From positions 395 through 64,394 of IMG/VR virus record IMGVR_UViG_3300023210_000031: a DNA stretch of 64,000 bases; one strand, written 5' to 3'. Below are positions 18,498-27,099 of the stretch, piece by piece. The notes below the pieces were generated by a model. It ran no database searches. It was not told the origin of the DNA and was given only the letters and a program-made list of their open reading frames with translations. Source of the stretch: a virus. Taxonomy: Duplodnaviria; Caudoviricetes. The first letter of the stretch is position 1, and each line of letters starts with the position of its first letter. The translations under genes were made by a program, and so were the position numbers.

Positions 18498-19859
18498 CTA
18501 TTCCTCTTCTATGAATGATTCGCCCGTGAGCTCTTCCAGTTTCCTAATCATCTTTTCCATTTTGATTCTGACAACCTTGCCAGTTTTTGAGTTTCTAGAA
18601 TAGTATTGCCATTCGCCATCAGTGTCGTGTGGAGAGATTTGTGTTTCATTGCCAGAAGAGTCCTTGACATACATCTCGCCCGATTTGGCATACAATACCG
18701 CTGAATCTGATGGAGTGGAAGGCTCAGTGGTGTCCTTTGCCTTAAAGAGGGATGTCGATAGAGTTCCAGCTTTTGCTATGTCCAAAGAGCCATTCACACT
18801 CACAAGGCTGCCCCTGGCTCTAAGGAGGGATTCGCTATCGTCAGAATCTACTCTCAGGCAAGACTCCGGGAGTTCAAAGACATTGATATCTCCATCGTGG
18901 TATGCTGTCCAGAAAACTTTACCAGTAGTGCTTTCAACATCGATTCCATAAGCAGTGGTGCTCGATACGAGTAGTTCAACCTGTGTCCCCCCATCCATAT
19001 CAGCACGGTATACTCCTCGGTCAGCAGTGGCTCCGCTATGGGTCCAGTATACCTTCCTAGTGCTAATGTCCAAAGAGAGGTGTAGGGGTCCAGTTCCTGG
19101 GTCTGAAACCACAGATTCAATCGTGCCGCCTGCCATTGGAGCTTTCTGTATCTTATCGGTACTGCCATCATTAGTCCAATACATCATGCCGTTAGCAATA
19201 TCGAGAGCGATGTCTCTAGGCATACCGGCTGAACTTACAGTCGCCACCACCTCGGCACTACTTCCATCCATCGTCGCTCGCCAGATTTTGTCCGAACTGT
19301 TTTCTACCCAATACATCATATTTGAGGCAGTATCAAGAGCGAGTCCATAGTAAGTGTGGCTCGTGCTTTCAATCAAAGTCTCTTCATTCGAGCCGTCCAG
19401 ATCTGCTCGCTTGATTCTTCCGGAGGCAGGAGATGAGGTGTATTCCGTCCAATATATCTTGGAAGCGGATTCATCCACATCAACACTGTGTCCGGCACTC
19501 GATAGGGTCACCAGTGTAGTCATCGAGTCGCCCTCTATTGAGATGCTCCTAATCCTCTGCCCCGTCAATTCGGCAAAGAATACTTTGCCAACTGATGGCA
19601 CTGCCTTGACTCCAACTGGCTTTGTTGCAGAAGCAAATAAAGTTTGCTGCCCGACCAGTGTGAGTTCAGTAGTGGGATCGGTGGCGTAAATCTCTGGGGC
19701 TGTGATAGAGCCATTGACTTTTATCTCCCCCTCGATGGCGAGCGAACCCGTTACCTGGATTACATCATCTGACGTGTTACCTAGCTTTACCTTTCCGTCA
19801 TCGGTAAGCTGGAACCCATAAGTCCCGTCGCCTCCATCTTTGTATCCTATTCCTGCCAT
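18498..19859 (-). CDS. tail-fibre-like protein with YWTD (LDL-receptor class B) beta-propeller
   Basis: KVFFAE, KIYWTE, MMYWVE, MMYWTN, KVYWTH, KVFWTA blades; I.RA.LDG linkers. Confidence 0.75.
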   Translation of the reverse strand: MAGIGYKDGGDGTYGFQLTDDGKVKLGNTSDDVIQVTGSLAIEGEIKVNGSITAPEIYATDPTTELTLVGQQTLFASATKPVGVKAVPSVGKVFFAELTGQRIRSISIEGDSMTTLVTLSSAGHSVDVDESASKIYWTEYTSSPASGRIKRADLDGSNEETLIESTSHTYYGLALDTASNMMYWVENSSDKIWRATMDGSSAEVVATVSSAGMPRDIALDIANGMMYWTNDGSTDKIQKAPMAGGTIESVVSDPGTGPLHLSLDISTRKVYWTHSGATADRGVYRADMDGGTQVELLVSSTTAYGIDVESTTGKVFWTAYHDGDINVFELPESCLRVDSDDSESLLRARGSLVSVNGSLDIAKAGTLSTSLFKAKDTTEPSTPSDSAVLYAKSGEMYVKDSSGNETQISPHDTDGEWQYYSRNSKTGKVVRIKMEKMIRKLEELTGESFIEEE

Positions 19860-19883
19860 CTTACAATTCCCTCCATTGCTGAA

Positions 19884-20171
19884 TCATTTCACCTCTTCTC
19901 TCATTCGGCAAAGTATGTCGTTATGTGAATCCAAACTAAATTGCTTGCCGTCTTCAGCGATAACCACACTATAGTGCCCCTCTGTATATATGTTTGATAA
20001 TTCGTGATAGCACCTTAGTGCTAAATATCTAAGCTCAAAATGCTCTTGTAGTATTACAGAACTCAGATCTGAATAGGCTGGATGCTCTAATACCACAGTA
20101 ACACTATTCATCGATGCCTCCTTGTGCTCGCCTTGCTTCATTCGCTCTCTTGAACATGTCGCCCATATCAC
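19884..20171 (-). CDS. hypothetical protein
   Basis: ORF; start uncertain. Confidence 0.45.
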   Translation of the reverse strand: MIWATCSRERMKQGEHKEASMNSVTVVLEHPAYSDLSSVILQEHFELRYLALRCYHELSNIYTEGHYSVVIAEDGKQFSLDSHNDILCRMREEVK

Positions 20172-20322
20172 TCATGGGATGCACCTCTCTCTTGAAATCT
20201 TTTATCTTCCTGCCCGCTAGAGTGAAGCAATTTTCTATTAAGTCTAACTCTGCAGACAGTGGTCCAACAATCACTTCAGTGGGGCTGGTATAAATTACCA
20301 TTTCTCTCTTCTTCTTTGACAT
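20104..20322 (-). CDS. hypothetical protein
   Basis: GGAG RBS. Confidence 0.5.
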   Translation of the reverse strand: MSKKKREMVIYTSPTEVIVGPLSAELDLIENCFTLAGRKIKDFKREVHPMSDMGDMFKRANEARRAQGGIDE

Positions 20323-20401
20323 CTTCCAAACTCCTTAATAGTTCTTAGTACAATAAAGGTGGCACCAAGTGCCAGTAGCGAGTAGCAATATATCATCGGA
20401 C

Positions 20402-20650
20402 CTATTTTTGCTTGTCTCCTATCAACCATCTTAGTGCCGATCTCCTTGTTGAGAACCCATCACTCATACCAAAAATAGATATGCTCTGAGTGGTGGACTC
20501 AATTGCTCGTATGGTGTAGCGACGACTGAACCCAACGATCCTCGATGTAACAAAATACCTCTCTCTGATGATTTCTGTCTCTACCTTAACACCGACTGCC
20601 AAAAGTTCCTTACGACATTCGACCAGTAGATCGTTGTTAGACTTTCTCAA
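20402..20650 (-). CDS. hypothetical protein
   Basis: ORF, GGAG RBS. Confidence 0.45.
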   Translation of the reverse strand: MRKSNNDLLVECRKELLAVGVKVETEIIRERYFVTSRIVGFSRRYTIRAIESTTQSISIFGMSDGFSTRRSALRWLIGDKQK

Positions 20651-20668
20651 AGCCTATGGCTCCTCCGC

Positions 20669-21112
20669 TCACACTTCATTTGATTTTATCCAACTTACTT
20701 CGATCCATCGATTGGATTCCGAATCTGAGTAGCGAACAAAGGTATCTAAAAGACACCTCTTCACCTCTTGCACAGTTGGCATCAGGTATGCCCGAGGGAG
20801 CTTCGTCATATCATATCTATAGCTCCACTCGCCGGCTTCGGCGGATAAGTAAACCCATTCTAAAATACTGTAAGCAACTTGGCGAGCATGAGCGTTTACC
20901 TCTTCCTGTTGCTCTGGGGATACAAAACTCTTCTTGCTCTCCTCTTCCGCGAGAGCCCTCTTCGTAATGTTCATTAGCTTTTCTTTGTCCAGTGTAATGT
21001 CTTCTGGCGGAGTTTCGTAGAGAGCATCGAGCTCCTTCTGTTTTTCTTCTTCGCTTTTTGCTTCCTCTTCATCAAAATAAATATCGAACTCTGTCCAATC
21101 GTTAGTCATCAT
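20669..21112 (-). CDS. hypothetical protein
   Basis: AGGA RBS. Confidence 0.6.
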   Translation of the reverse strand: MMTNDWTEFDIYFDEEEAKSEEEKQKELDALYETPPEDITLDKEKLMNITKRALAEEESKKSFVSPEQQEEVNAHARQVAYSILEWVYLSAEAGEWSYRYDMTKLPRAYLMPTVQEVKRCLLDTFVRYSDSESNRWIEVSWIKSNEV

Positions 21113-21124
21113 GATACTTTCCTT

Positions 21125-21394
21125 TCATTGTATGTTCCTCGTTATAAAGATGGCTCTGGTTGCCACCGCTTGAAAAAGATATTCGTAGTATGTTCGAGAG
21201 TCTGGCTGTCCTGCTTGTTGGCTCCACATCACCCAGGCATCCATATAGTCCTGTAAGATTGTTGAAGCTTCCGTTAGGGGTGGTAATCCACCTTCTTCAG
21301 TTTGGAGGTCAGCGATGAGAGAAGCCAAATCTTCCATCTTATCGCTGGCAAATTCGTCGCCCACATCAACTGATCCGCTGAACTCGTCTGTCAT
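21125..21394 (-). CDS. hypothetical protein
   Basis: Downstream of late motif at 21466. Confidence 0.55.
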   Translation of the reverse strand: MTDEFSGSVDVGDEFASDKMEDLASLIADLQTEEGGLPPLTEASTILQDYMDAWVMWSQQAGQPDSRTYYEYLFQAVATRAIFITRNIQ

Positions 21395-21474
21395 AACTGT
21401 GACTTTCCTGAATTTAATAAAGATAACATTTCATATTCTCCTATAGTAAATTTTGCCTCTATAGGTAAGTAGTA

Positions 21475-22650
21475 TTATTTTAGTACCAACACCCTCTCTT
21501 TGGTCTTAAAGTAAGGCATCGATGCTCCGTTTGAGTCCGTTATCCAAGCTCTCTGGCATTTAGAAGCCTTTGGCATCGGAGCATACATGTCTGTCAATAT
21601 CAGGTGACCATCAAACTTATGTTGATTCACATACTCTGTTGGGGCATCAAAATTGGTTCCCCCTCTTAGAACCCTATTCAGTTCTCGGCGCTCACCCTTT
21701 TTCCAGACAAATACTTCGTCAGTATAAACCAAGTCATCGAATGGAACCACTACAAACTCTGCAATCTTGGCGAGAGCCTCAAGCTCTGAGAAGAAAAGCT
21801 CAAGAAGGCTATCGCTTACCGAGCCAGACTGGTCAATACTAATAGCTATCCTTGCCTGTCGCTCTGACTTCTTGCCGGCATGTATGTATGGGTATCGGCG
21901 GTTAATTCGTTTGATAGAAGACTTCTTGGATGATGTCTGAGATGTCCTCACGAAGTATCTAAGCATCTTTCGCCAGTCAATCGTGGCAGAGCTCACCTTT
22001 GTCCGAATCTGCTCTCTGATGCTGTGAGATAGAGAGCCCCAGCCTCGCCCCTTATCACACTCCTCGACAGCCTTCTTAGCCATGTCTTTGAATCTCTCTT
22101 TGGCTATTTCTTTGGTCTGAGAATCACTTTTGCCCCAAGATTCGTGGCTATCAAACTGACCCTCTGGGCTTCCGGAGCCCCCTGCTGAGCCTGACTGAGG
22201 AGACATGAAGCTTGGATCCTTCTCCTTCTTCTTCTTAAGCTCTTCGAAGTACCATTCCGCTGTTTGGAGTGGGATCATCTCGCTGAAATCGTCAACTCCT
22301 GGAATACAACACTTTGGAGGTAGCTCGCTCTTTAAAAATCCGTTGATAGCAAGATCTGTAGCAATGTTCCACATCGGAGACATTCCCTCTTCTGGAAGTC
22401 TTTCGGTAACATGTTCGAAAACAAGGTGGTAGAACTCGTGCTTGATGACACCAGCTTTCTGTTGATCGGTGAGGGTATCGAAATACTGGGGGTTATAAAA
22501 CATCTCGAACTGACCGGAGTCTGGGTTGATTCCTATTCCAGCCGTGGGTACCCCTAGGGTTTCTCTCTTATCAATTCGCCGGGAAAGAGCAGCAAAAAAC
22601 GGCTCATCCTGTAGGAGCCTGAATATATGTTTGTTCAGATCAAACGACAT
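21475..22650 (-). CDS. HExxH metallopeptidase-like plus vWA domain protein (MoxR partner)
   Basis: KHEFYH, NIATDLAIN, DQSGS MIDAS, GGTNF, LTD. Confidence 0.85.
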   Translation of the reverse strand: MSFDLNKHIFRLLQDEPFFAALSRRIDKRETLGVPTAGIGINPDSGQFEMFYNPQYFDTLTDQQKAGVIKHEFYHLVFEHVTERLPEEGMSPMWNIATDLAINGFLKSELPPKCCIPGVDDFSEMIPLQTAEWYFEELKKKKEKDPSFMSPQSGSAGGSGSPEGQFDSHESWGKSDSQTKEIAKERFKDMAKKAVEECDKGRGWGSLSHSIREQIRTKVSSATIDWRKMLRYFVRTSQTSSKKSSIKRINRRYPYIHAGKKSERQARIAISIDQSGSVSDSLLELFFSELEALAKIAEFVVVPFDDLVYTDEVFVWKKGERRELNRVLRGGTNFDAPTEYVNQHKFDGHLILTDMYAPMPKASKCQRAWITDSNGASMPYFKTKERVLVLK

Positions 22651-22885
22651 TGTTTCTCACCACTTTCCTCTCTCTATGCTTCTTACTCAATTGTCTCACT
22701 CGCTTATCTGTGGGTGAGACCAGGCTCTTTCTGTATCCTCTGGAGTTGTCCATCCACCAGACATAGAAATATACTTGTCTCTTGGTGATGTTGTACGGAT
22801 CCTGATGGACTCCATAGACAAGACCGATTAGCCCGGTTTTCCGGTCCTCGATCAGATCTCCTGGATGGAAATCATGCCGGCGCAT
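22640..22885 (-). CDS. small SH3-like protein
   Basis: FHPGDLI...IGLV...YVWW. Confidence 0.55.
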   Translation of the reverse strand: MRRHDFHPGDLIEDRKTGLIGLVYGVHQDPYNITKRQVYFYVWWMDNSRGYRKSLVSPTDKRVRQLSKKHRERKVVRNNVV

Positions 22886-23333
22886 TCCACTCTCTTTCGG
22901 CAGCCCAGTCGATATACGACATAATACACTTGGCGGCACAGTTCTCGTATGCCCGTTCATCTAGCTTCATTCCAAGACCTTCGGCAATTTCTTTGCCGTT
23001 CTTCCATGCCTGCATCTCTTCGTCAAGAAGCTGGACTCTGTAGGCATATGACTTGATCGGCTTGCCTGTCTCATCTGATTTAGCTAGCAGTTTATATTTG
23101 CCATAGCGATAGGCGAGATTACCGGTCTCTCTATTCATTGAGTGACCCACTTCATGCAGGAGAGTGTAGAGCTGATTTTCGTCGGTCTGAGTTTCGTTGA
23201 TTATGATTAGCCTATCTTCTGGCATGTATCTATCTACCTGACCTGTGGCAAAAACAACAGTGATCTGCTTGACTTCTTTCGCCCATTTTACTAACTTATT
23301 GATGTTCTTGCTGTATTTGCTCTTATATGGCAT
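22872..23333 (-). CDS. ImmA/IrrE-like zinc metallopeptidase
   Basis: LLHEVGH, E..AW. Confidence 0.7.
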   Translation of the reverse strand: MPYKSKYSKNINKLVKWAKEVKQITVVFATGQVDRYMPEDRLIIINETQTDENQLYTLLHEVGHSMNRETGNLAYRYGKYKLLAKSDETGKPIKSYAYRVQLLDEEMQAWKNGKEIAEGLGMKLDERAYENCAAKCIMSYIDWAAEREWNAPA

Positions 23334-23365
23334 ATTAGTGCTCCTTCTTTGCCTGTGAATATAAT

Positions 23366-23394
23366 ACCATATCACAGGAGATCAACTCTGTCAA
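23366..23394 (-). promoter_or_regulatory. sigma70-type promoter TTGACA-N17-TATGGT, GATC at 23380
   Basis: Read directly. Confidence 0.7.
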
Positions 23395-23435
23395 GCTCTT
23401 TTTTGGTGTTTTTTTGTCCCTTATTAATCAAGCAC

Positions 23436-24536
23436 TTACGGCTGCTCTACGGCTTCCTGATCTGTCATATTCGAGACCAAGGACACAACGTGATCCCCGA
23501 TCCGCTTTCCTTCCACTTCTGTGCCGTGAAAGCTGAGAATATTCTCTCTCAATGGAGACTTTCCTATGATGCTAAACAGCTTCATTGCCATTTCACCGGG
23601 AATTGATACAAAGTATCCGGCGAGATTCGAGAGATTGCTTTCAGATAAGAGAGTGTTGAATACTCCAGAAGCTTCCATCTTCTCAATCAAGGCACCGTGC
23701 TCATTGATGTCGAAGTCTTTCGTCATCGAAACATTGCCTTCATGGATAACATCCTCAACAGTAACCTGTTTGCCATAATTGATGGCGAAATCTCTGAGAG
23801 CGATTGCAGCTTCGAAGCCGACGAAACCCTGAGAAAGAGTAAAGAGTAGAGGCTCGTGCATCTGAGCTAGCTGGTCTGGACATGTCTTGAGTGTCTTGTC
23901 GAGCCGGACCCAGGATCGTCGGCTGGGGTATACTTTGTTCGGCTCGAAGTTATCCAGGTGCTCAAGATGGCTTCGATTCTGGTTGATGAAATCCCATACC
24001 ACTTCCGAAACTTCCCCCTTCGACCATGTTAACCAATCTTCGACTGTGGGCTCCACATCAAAAACAGTGTATCGATCCAGTTCTGCTGGATCCATTTCCC
24101 CTACTTGATACTCCGAACCGTGCTCTCCGCCATTGACGGCAGCAACGATGACAGTATTCTCGTGTAGAGAGTACCCATTGATCTTCCGGCTATCGGTGAG
24201 CTCGAAAATTCCCTGCCTCACTTCTGGGATTGCTCTGTCTATCTCGTCTAGAAAGAGCAGCACTCCACGGGAACATGCTTCCGTGAACCAATCTGGTGGA
24301 TTCCATCGGGTTGATGAAGAGTCTGAGGAGATTGACGGCAAGCCAATCAGATCGCCTTCCGTCATCTGCGATGCTCGTCTCTCGATAACACCATCGGTGT
24401 ATCCCAGCATTTCCTCAATCTGGTAGACTATTTCTGACTTGCCGATGCCGTGGCGACCTCGAAGGATAACAGGGTATCGAGCCCCAAGGACGACGGGGGC
24501 TGCTGAAAGAAACGTTTTAAAATCTACTGATGCCAT
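23436..24536 (-). CDS. MoxR-like AAA+ ATPase
   Basis: GRHGIGKS Walker A, LFLDE Walker B, D.A..DR, PSRRSW. Confidence 0.85.
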   Translation of the reverse strand: MASVDFKTFLSAAPVVLGARYPVILRGRHGIGKSEIVYQIEEMLGYTDGVIERRASQMTEGDLIGLPSISSDSSSTRWNPPDWFTEACSRGVLLFLDEIDRAIPEVRQGIFELTDSRKINGYSLHENTVIVAAVNGGEHGSEYQVGEMDPAELDRYTVFDVEPTVEDWLTWSKGEVSEVVWDFINQNRSHLEHLDNFEPNKVYPSRRSWVRLDKTLKTCPDQLAQMHEPLLFTLSQGFVGFEAAIALRDFAINYGKQVTVEDVIHEGNVSMTKDFDINEHGALIEKMEASGVFNTLLSESNLSNLAGYFVSIPGEMAMKLFSIIGKSPLRENILSFHGTEVEGKRIGDHVVSLVSNMTDQEAVEQP

Positions 24537-24596
24537 AATAGCTTTTCCTTTTCTCTTTTAATTTTGTAAGTAAGCCAATCTAAAAAACACTGGCGG

Positions 24597-25262
24597 CTAA
24601 AGTCTTTTTCTTCTTTTCTCTAAGTAGTAACTGCCTTGATGGCAACTCTCAATATTTAAATCCAAAAAATAGTCATCAATCCCATTCCACCCAAGATAGA
24701 AGCCAAGAGGCTGACTCTGAACTAGAGCCTCCTTGCTGATGGTCACTGGAGATATTACATTCCACTCGCCAGATGAAAGGAACGGGTATGAACTATAGTC
24801 AGCGGCTCTGTCGGCTGACCGGGTGCGATGTGGTTTCAAAACTTCAGAATAAATATATGTTCCCTTCTTGCTATCGTAAGTTCTATCAAGCTCATGTTGG
24901 GGGAATTTAACTCTCCGGATATTGCTCCCGATATGATAGTTGGGCACTCCGTTCATCATCTTTATTGATACCCATCGGCGACCTGGCTTTCTATAAAAGA
25001 GCTGTTCCCAATGAAGATCAGTAACCATCGCCAGCGGCGTGGGCTCTCCATCTGTAGTCTCCTTGCTTGGAATAGTGAACTCGATAAGAGCGCCTGGACC
25101 AATCCCTCGCTCTACCATGTCTTCCACCACAAGATCAACAAACCTTCTGTTTACCTCGGCTGCCTTAGACTTATCTCGCCTAAGAGGGGCACATGTCCTT
25201 CTGTCGTGACCTTCATCTCGACAGTAGGAACATCTTCTTGGCTTCCTCTGCTTCGTAACCAC
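24597..25262 (-). CDS. CCHC zinc-knuckle protein
   Basis: CSYC...GHDRRTC. Confidence 0.65.
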   Translation of the reverse strand: MVTKQRKPRRCSYCRDEGHDRRTCAPLRRDKSKAAEVNRRFVDLVVEDMVERGIGPGALIEFTIPSKETTDGEPTPLAMVTDLHWEQLFYRKPGRRWVSIKMMNGVPNYHIGSNIRRVKFPQHELDRTYDSKKGTYIYSEVLKPHRTRSADRAADYSSYPFLSSGEWNVISPVTISKEALVQSQPLGFYLGWNGIDDYFLDLNIESCHQGSYYLEKRRKRL

Positions 25263-25265
25263 TTC

Positions 25266-25532
25266 TTATGCCTTTCCGATAAGATGATCTGTCATATCAG
25301 TATTGCCGTATTTCATATGTATCTCATCGAAAGCAGAAGAAAGACGAACCCAGTTTTTGCCTCGGGGGGAAATCTTGCCGTAGGTCGCGACAACCATGTA
25401 CTCATCTGGATCGTAAAGGGAGATAATATCCATTATAGTCTTCTTTTCGAAAGAATCCATTGTAAATTCTTTCGTCACGGTTGGTACACTGAGTCCATCT
25501 TTGCTTTTCTGATAAATCTTAACGGAAACCAT
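25266..25532 (-). CDS. hypothetical protein
   Basis: AGGAG RBS; promoter at 25569-97 with GATC at 25587. Confidence 0.6.
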   Translation of the reverse strand: MVSVKIYQKSKDGLSVPTVTKEFTMDSFEKKTIMDIISLYDPDEYMVVATYGKISPRGKNWVRLSSAFDEIHMKYGNTDMTDHLIGKA

Positions 25533-25593
25533 TCTTGTTGCTCCTTTGTGAGTAATGCTGATTTACATATTATTACACAAAGCAGAGATCATG

Positions 25594-25950
25594 TCAAGTC
25601 TTTTGTGAGGATTTTTTTACTCGGCTGGTTTTCTTGGACTTTTTTGCCCTCGATTTCTTTGGCTTTGCTAAGTCGCTGTTTTTACTCGCTTTAGGTGTTT
25701 CCGTCTTATTTTTCGACTGGTTAGCTCCCTCTAGTACCCGAATGCGATCTCTCTGGTATTCTACGAGATCACTTAGCTTGGACACCTCCGATTTAGATTT
25801 GACCAGTTCGGCAAATAAACTCTCAATTTGCTTTTCCATTTCTTTTACGATTTTTGCCGCCTTGGTGGGTATAACATGCACATTGCCGTTTTCTCTCATC
25901 GCCTGTGCCAGTTGTTGTGCCGGTGAAATTCGGCTTTGTTTGTTAGACAT
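25594..25950 (-). CDS. coiled-coil protein with Lys-rich histone-H1-like tail
   Basis: KPKKSRAKKSKK C-terminus. Confidence 0.6.
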   Translation of the reverse strand: MSNKQSRISPAQQLAQAMRENGNVHVIPTKAAKIVKEMEKQIESLFAELVKSKSEVSKLSDLVEYQRDRIRVLEGANQSKNKTETPKASKNSDLAKPKKSRAKKSKKTSRVKKSSQKT

Positions 25951-25968
25951 TTTCTCGCTCCTTTTCTT

Positions 25969-26256
25969 TTATAGTATCCCGGTGGGATAAACTTGAGTAG
26001 CATAATATACATAGCACGAGCCATATAAAATAACTGCTAACCACTCTCTATTCATTTTCTTGACCAAAAGTCCATAGCTACGAAGAACGAGCATCCAGAT
26101 TAGACACGCCTTAACCATGAATGTACTTGCCGTAAATAAGGACGAAATAAGCATTGCGAAAGCTAGGATACACAAAAGACCGTACCTATCGGGGCTGGGA
26201 GCTTGTTCTTCCTTCTCTTTGTTTGTTTCTTCTTGTTTCTCTTCAGACATTATCAC
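25969..26256 (-). CDS. membrane protein next to peptidase (holin candidate)
   Basis: 2-3 TM segments. Confidence 0.5.
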   Translation of the reverse strand: MIMSEEKQEETNKEKEEQAPSPDRYGLLCILAFAMLISSLFTASTFMVKACLIWMLVLRSYGLLVKKMNREWLAVILYGSCYVYYATQVYPTGIL

Positions 26257-26782
26257 TTTTCTCCTTTGGTGGTTCTCTCACCTTCTTTTTTGGGGGTGGC
26301 GGATTATCTCCGTAGAATGTCCAGTGCCATGGCTCTGCTTCCACATCATTGTAGAATCCATACCGCTTGGCATTTCGCTTCATCCACCAATACAAGATTG
26401 TCCTGTATCTCTTCCCTTGAATGATTCTAGTTGTGCCGCCCACATCGATGGACAGTCCCATTTGATGATTGCTCCAGCCGGGCGGAGCTGCTAAATCGCC
26501 TCTCTGTCTTTTCATCCGATGCTGCTCTCCGTGGGTACGGAAGGCACTGAGTACATCTAAGTGGAATCCATCCTTCGCTGCTCTAACTACCATCTCTCTA
26601 AAGTTATCAGAAGCATCTCGTGATAGAAGGAGGGTCTTCGATTTTCTCTTCTGTAGGATCGAAGATACATAGAGAGGCTTAGGCTCTCCGTTTTCATACC
26701 CCCTAACTTTCATAGAAAAATTGGCAGCACTGACATCGCCAGAGCTAATGAAGAACATAAGTAAAATATTAGAAACTATCAT
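26243..26782 (-). CDS. M15B D-Ala-D-Ala carboxypeptidase / endolysin
   Basis: SAFR...Q, PG.SNH..GLSID, EPWHW; N-terminal signal/TM. Confidence 0.85.
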   Translation of the reverse strand: MIVSNILLMFFISSGDVSAANFSMKVRGYENGEPKPLYVSSILQKRKSKTLLLSRDASDNFREMVVRAAKDGFHLDVLSAFRTHGEQHRMKRQRGDLAAPPGWSNHQMGLSIDVGGTTRIIQGKRYRTILYWWMKRNAKRYGFYNDVEAEPWHWTFYGDNPPPPKKKVREPPKEKSDNV

Positions 26783-26793
26783 CTTATCTCCGC

Positions 26794-27072
26794 TCAGCTC
26801 TTTTCCAACAAGCAAAGATCTTGCTCGTCCATCCAAAGCTTCTTATCTCCTTGGGTCCACCAAACATACACCTTTGGTAACAGCACGGAAAATGACTTTC
26901 CTGCCTTGTGATCTCTCAAGTCGTGCATATCAAAACTCCTGAATTCTGTTGATAAAATCAACCCAACTCCCGATCTCAGAGAGAGATCACTTTTTAAGTA
27001 TACCAGATCTCCCACATGAAAGTCAAGCACTTTTTTCTGTCGTGTGTTCGAATCTTTAGGGTCCGTCATCAT
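26794..27072 (-). CDS. small SH3-like protein
   Basis: FHVGDLV...GVGLI...VYVWW. Confidence 0.6.
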   Translation of the reverse strand: MMTDPKDSNTRQKKVLDFHVGDLVYLKSDLSLRSGVGLILSTEFRSFDMHDLRDHKAGKSFSVLLPKVYVWWTQGDKKLWMDEQDLCLLEKS

Positions 27073-27099
27073 ACCAGTAAGTAGTGCCCCCTTCGAGAG

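Noticed and set aside
24621-24628. Late-motif match ACTACTTA
   Set aside because: Inside coding sequence, about 85 nt from the next start; may be chance
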